Position numbers and translations under genes: made by a program
Notes under the pieces: generated by a model
What the model was told of the DNA's origin: nothing
The model's input: only the letters and a program-made list of their open reading frames with translations
The model's database searches: none
Shown here: positions 60,013 to 64,000 of the stretch, one piece after another
Numbering within the stretch: the first letter of the stretch is position 1
Layout: each line of letters begins with the position of its first letter
NCBI GenBank assembly: GCA_035084275.1
Contig: CM068746.1
Coordinates: 39,308,001 to 39,372,000 of the forward strand
Reading direction: 5' to 3'
From: Hydrolagus colliei
Taxonomy: Eukaryota
Length of the DNA: 64,000 nucleotides

Positions 60013-60696
60013 GTAGATCTGGACGCTTCATCACTTCTTCTAATGGCCTGTCAGCGCGTAACAACATTATCATGTGGCAGATCTTCAATAAGGGTACATG
60101 GACTCCATTGCCCGGCTCATAGTGTAGGCTGATAGGAGCTATCTGATGGCTGTTTTTATTGTCGTCTCAAAGCACCTCGAGACACTACCCACATGTGAAA
60201 GGCGCTTAGATAAACGCGAACAGTTGTTGTTGTTGTGTTTAGTTCCTGTCTTCACTGGGTTGTGAGTATCAGCACTGAGCACTGGTCAGTGAATACTGAC
60301 CAGAGTATCTGTGATATATCATCATGATGTTAATCCTCGCATTTGATATAGCGCCTTATCGTGTCATTGAGACATCTCAAGGCGCTCCACATAGGATAAA
60401 CTGTAGAGTAGATTGACTATGTATTTTGTGTGAAACTCGACAGCCAGTTGATTTGTTTTACAGTACACTCTGTGATGCGCTTTGAGGCGTGTAAACGATA
60501 TGGTAAGACACCATATCAAATGCAAGGATTATTACCAAAAGGCATTAAAATCATAAAGTTTACATCTCCCCCCACAAAAGCCATCTAGTCAATTTTAATG
60601 TTTTGATGACCAGAACTGTATGCAGTCCTTTGGGTGTTGCCTGAAAAGATTATTTTTTATAGCTTTGAGATTGATACCTGGGGATCTGAATTCAAC

Positions 60697-61062
60697 TGAT
60701 TCCGTAGCTTAGTGGTTAGAGCACTCGCCTCTCAAGTGAGAGAACCCGAGTTTGATTCTCAGTCAGGACAAAAGCTTAGGCTAGTTTCCTTGCTCCACCG
60801 GCATCTATTTACCTAACAGTAAATTGGACCCCAGTTGTTATCAATTGGCGGATCACTTTCTGAGGGTAATAATCCATCTTACATTTAAAAAAACAGTAAT
60901 TTGGTTACTCAATCCATGACTGTTTGTGGGACACTGTTGTGTGCAATCAGCTGCCACATTTTGCCCACAAAATACACAGTCAATTTAGTTTACAATATAT
61001 TCTGTGAAGCGTTTTGAGATGTCTCAAAGGAGCGGTAAGGTGCTATTATTATTATTATTATT
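60697..61062 (+). mobile_element. tRNA-headed SINE, long variant, full length
   Basis: Head TAGCTTAGTGGTTAGAGCACTCGCC, CORE-like segment, 3' body and (TAT)n tail. Confidence 0.88.
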
Positions 61063-61491
61063 TATCTGACAAGTGTAGCCCAGAATACTGTTTGCCTTGT
61101 TTATTGCTGCCTCACACTGGTATTGTGAATGATGATGGGTCGACTTACTCTCTCTCAGAGTCGCCCTTTGGCAAATTGTATCACATCCAGGGGAGTACTT
61201 GTGTGTGTGTGTTTTGTTCATGTCTCTGATATACAGTACTGTACTGTATCTTGCATTCATATTTGCTGGGTGAATGTGTGGATGTCTTGCTGAAAGATCC
61301 TAAGGGAGGAGATAAAACAACAATCATTCCTGTTTGCTTTTATAGAAGACAAGAGATCATTATCTCATCAGCGTGTCTGAGTGTTGTGTTATGGAACTGA
61401 TTACTTCATTACGATGATGGCTTTGTACTGAATCAGGTCACAGAGGCTTCTGCTGGGCCCATTATAATTGTGCCACGCTTTTCTTCAACAG

Positions 61492-61634
61492 CCTTCGCAG
61501 AGCTTCAGACTGACATTAATGAGTTGACCAGCGATTTAGATGCCACGGGAATCCCCTTCTTAGAGTACAGGACGTACACCATGCGGGTTCTCTTTCCCGG
61601 GATCGAAGATCATCCCGTACTCAGGGAACTGGAG
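61492..61634 (+). CDS. PLXNA4: Plexin-A4 exon (start of cytoplasmic/GAP region): [47 protein letters not shown]
   Basis: ttcaacag| acceptor, |gtgagt donor, 143 nt, phase 1 to 0. Confidence 0.97.
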
Positions 61635-61829
61635 GTGAGTCAGTGAGTGAGTGCTGCCGGCAGGGGCAGGGAACGGACGAGGGATTGAGATCTCGCTTCC
61701 CTTCACCCACAAAATGAATCGACGTGCAGTCAAATTACTTTACCGCGTATTCCGTGAATCACTTTGAGATCTCTAGAAGATGGGTTAACAACAACTTGAA
61801 CTTATGTAGCGCCCTCCAGCGGGAAAGGT

Positions 61830-62178
61830 GGAGCTCCTGTGGCTCAGTGGTTAGAGCACTTGTCTTGCAAGCTGGGGAGACCAAGCTGGGGAGATCTGTG
61901 TTCGAATCCAGGCAGGTCAGGGCGAAACCTTGGGCAGGATTCCTTACTCCACACGCCTAATAATAATCCCTCCAAAAAAAAACACAATAATAAAATTGGT
62001 CATTTCAATCCACGACTGTTTGTGGGGGACACTGCTGTGCGCAATTGGCTGCCGTGATTCACCCACAAATATACAGTCAATTCACTTTACAGTAAATTCT
62101 GTGAAGCGCTTTGGGACGTCGATAAGATGTGAAAAGCGCTACATCAAATACAATATTATTATTATATTATTTATTATT
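61830..62178 (+). mobile_element. tRNA-headed SINE, short variant, full length
   Basis: GGAGCTCCTGTGGCTCAGTGG..GTTCGAATCC..CACGCCTAATAATAATCCC..GTGAAAAGCGCT. Confidence 0.88.
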
Positions 62179-64000
62179 GAAGGTGGAGGGACTGAGGGAG
62201 AGGGCTGCAGAGTTTTGGGGTATAGTGGTTGAAAGTGCGACCCCCGATGGTGAGGCAGAAGGGTGCGAGGGATGAACAGGAGACCAGTGCCAGTAGGCTG
62301 TATCCAATGCAAGGATTATCCTTATTTTTGTTGATGCCTCAGCACTTTGAGATGTTATCCTGTGTAAAGGACAGGTATATAAACACAACTTCTTGTTGTT
62401 GGTGTTGTTGGTGGTGGTGGTGGTGGTGATGGATTCTGTTATTATCTCATCAATATAATACCTCACCTGGTTACTCCCCACACCAACTCCCCACAGTTGC
62501 TTCTGCTCGGCTGGGCTATATAAATGCCAAGTTGTCGTTGATCCGCTTCCCGCACAATCACTGAGCCTGTGAACTAGTTTCTCAAGCAGTCCTGGCCAAC
62601 CAGCTGAATGTGAATCAGCGTTCTCCCCATGGCTGTTTCTGGAACATTGCTCTACAAAAATTGGCTGCTGCATTCTCCTGCAAATGACTATATTTAACAG
62701 TAATTACAGTGGAGGGCTTTGGGAGGTTGTAACATAAGATGCTAATCACTCTTATCGTAAAGATATTGTGGTGTAAGACAAACTCAAGTGGTCTACGAGC
62801 AGAGGCTATTTTGCACTTACTGTATAATACTCCTCGCGTTTGATATCAGTCACATCAGAACATCTCAAAGCACTCAACAGGTATTTGCTCTCAAGTGTAG
62901 TGACTGTGTATTTTTGAAGCCGAAAGCGGCAGCCAATTGGTGTGGATCAGAGTCCCGCAAACGTCCTCGAGGTGAATGACTAATTTGAGGAGGATTGTTG
63001 ACCAGCAACATTTAATGTAACCTAATCATGCAGACCAGGCAGAAAGCAGCCACTGTCTGTCTACCTTTCTGCATGACTGTCTTTGTGTCTGAGTGTCAGA
63101 CTGTATTTTTATATGACTGTCTGGCTGTCTGACTGTCCTGCCCTGGTTCTGCGTGTATCTGATGGCACATTTGAATAGATTTTAGTTTGAAAGAAGTGGC
63201 AGATGGGAACCACGAGAGAGCTTGTAAAATCAACAGGATTTTAATTTGAGACTTTGTTACAACAGGATTTTAACACAACTTCCCCTTTTTAAGTAACGTA
63301 TTAAATTTGCTGTTAATTTGCTGTTAATGTGTTGGTGCGGACGTTTGTTCAGGTTTTGGTTTTATTTTTGTCTGGCGGCAGCTGGCACTGAAATCCCCAT
63401 CCCCGGTGTGTAACAAAACAACAGAAGGATATTTAATGCCTTGAGGCATTGTAACAGGACACGGACAACTTGCTCTAGTTTTGTCCTGAAAAGAACAATT
63501 TGCTAAATTCCCATAGACAGGATACCCGTAAAAGCTGCTTCATATATTGGAAGAGATATAATAACGAATTGACTATATATTTTGTGGGTGAAATGTACTA
63601 CTGTAGTGTATATATATGAGATATGCTGTGAACATGAGTGTTGCTGCCCCCCCCCCCACCCCCCCCCCCCACTCGCCCCCTCGTACTGCTCACTGATACT
63701 CTGTCACAGAACATGGTATAGCTGCAAATCCAAATATTTGCTCCTTCTCCCAAGTATGTGTGTAGGAATGATACCCTTGTTTGGTCAGGCCTGGCACTGC
63801 ACTCAGGGCTTCCGCTGATTCCAGTGCCAATTGACTCCTCTGGATTAATGTGTGGAATTATCCTGGGCATCCACTGAGAAAGCCTAACGCTTAATCCTCT
63901 TATTAGAAGAGTTTCCCACTGTGACAAAATGCAGCTTTTCCTCTCGGTTTCTGAATGCCTCCACTCCGAGTGCCGACAGCAGCGTAAAGCTGCCCTCTCG

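Larger units (their letters stand above)
7098..61634 (+). other. PLXNA4: Plexin-A4 gene, partial (16 internal coding exons; 5' Sema exons and 3' GAP-domain exons lie outside the window)
   Basis: The exons splice in frame (2416 nt) into a plexin-A ectodomain-TM-juxtamembrane sequence. Motifs [34 protein letters not shown] and [22 protein letters not shown] match my recollection of PLXNA4 better than A1/A2/A3. Confidence 0.88.

Noticed and set aside
7098-61634. U12-type or non-canonical introns, missing exons or pseudogenisation
   Set aside because: All junctions are GT-AG without the GTATCCTT signature, phases match, and there are no internal stops; the gaps do not appear to remove coding sequence.
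1-64000. CRISPR arrays, operons, prokaryotic promoters or terminators
   Set aside because: The DNA is a spliced vertebrate gene; repeats are dispersed retroelements, not regularly spaced direct repeats.

Overview
Eukaryotic (vertebrate) genomic DNA, not prokaryotic. The window is the middle part of a plexin-A gene on the + strand, best matching PLXNA4. Sixteen consecutive GT-AG coding exons lie between 7098 and 61634 (2416 nt, about 805 codons, all splice phases compatible). They encode the end of PSI1, the IPT/PSI ectodomain repeats, the transmembrane helix and the start of the cytoplasmic region. The introns are packed with non-LTR retroelement remnants: a very abundant tRNA-Ala-headed SINE in two length variants, older DeuSINE-type SINEs, L2 and CR1 LINE 3' fragments (one L2 with an intact ORF2 C-terminus), and an unclassified ~600-bp dispersed repeat with at least 10 copies. 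The repeat content suggests a cartilaginous fish, probably a holocephalan such as the elephant shark (inference). There are three assembly gaps. Almost all ORFs in the supplied track are spurious or exon read-through. The most interesting observations concern the SINE's chimeric architecture and internal inverted repeat, nested and inverted insertions, the unclassified repeat family, and several candidate intronic enhancers. No clearly new biological system is demonstrated.
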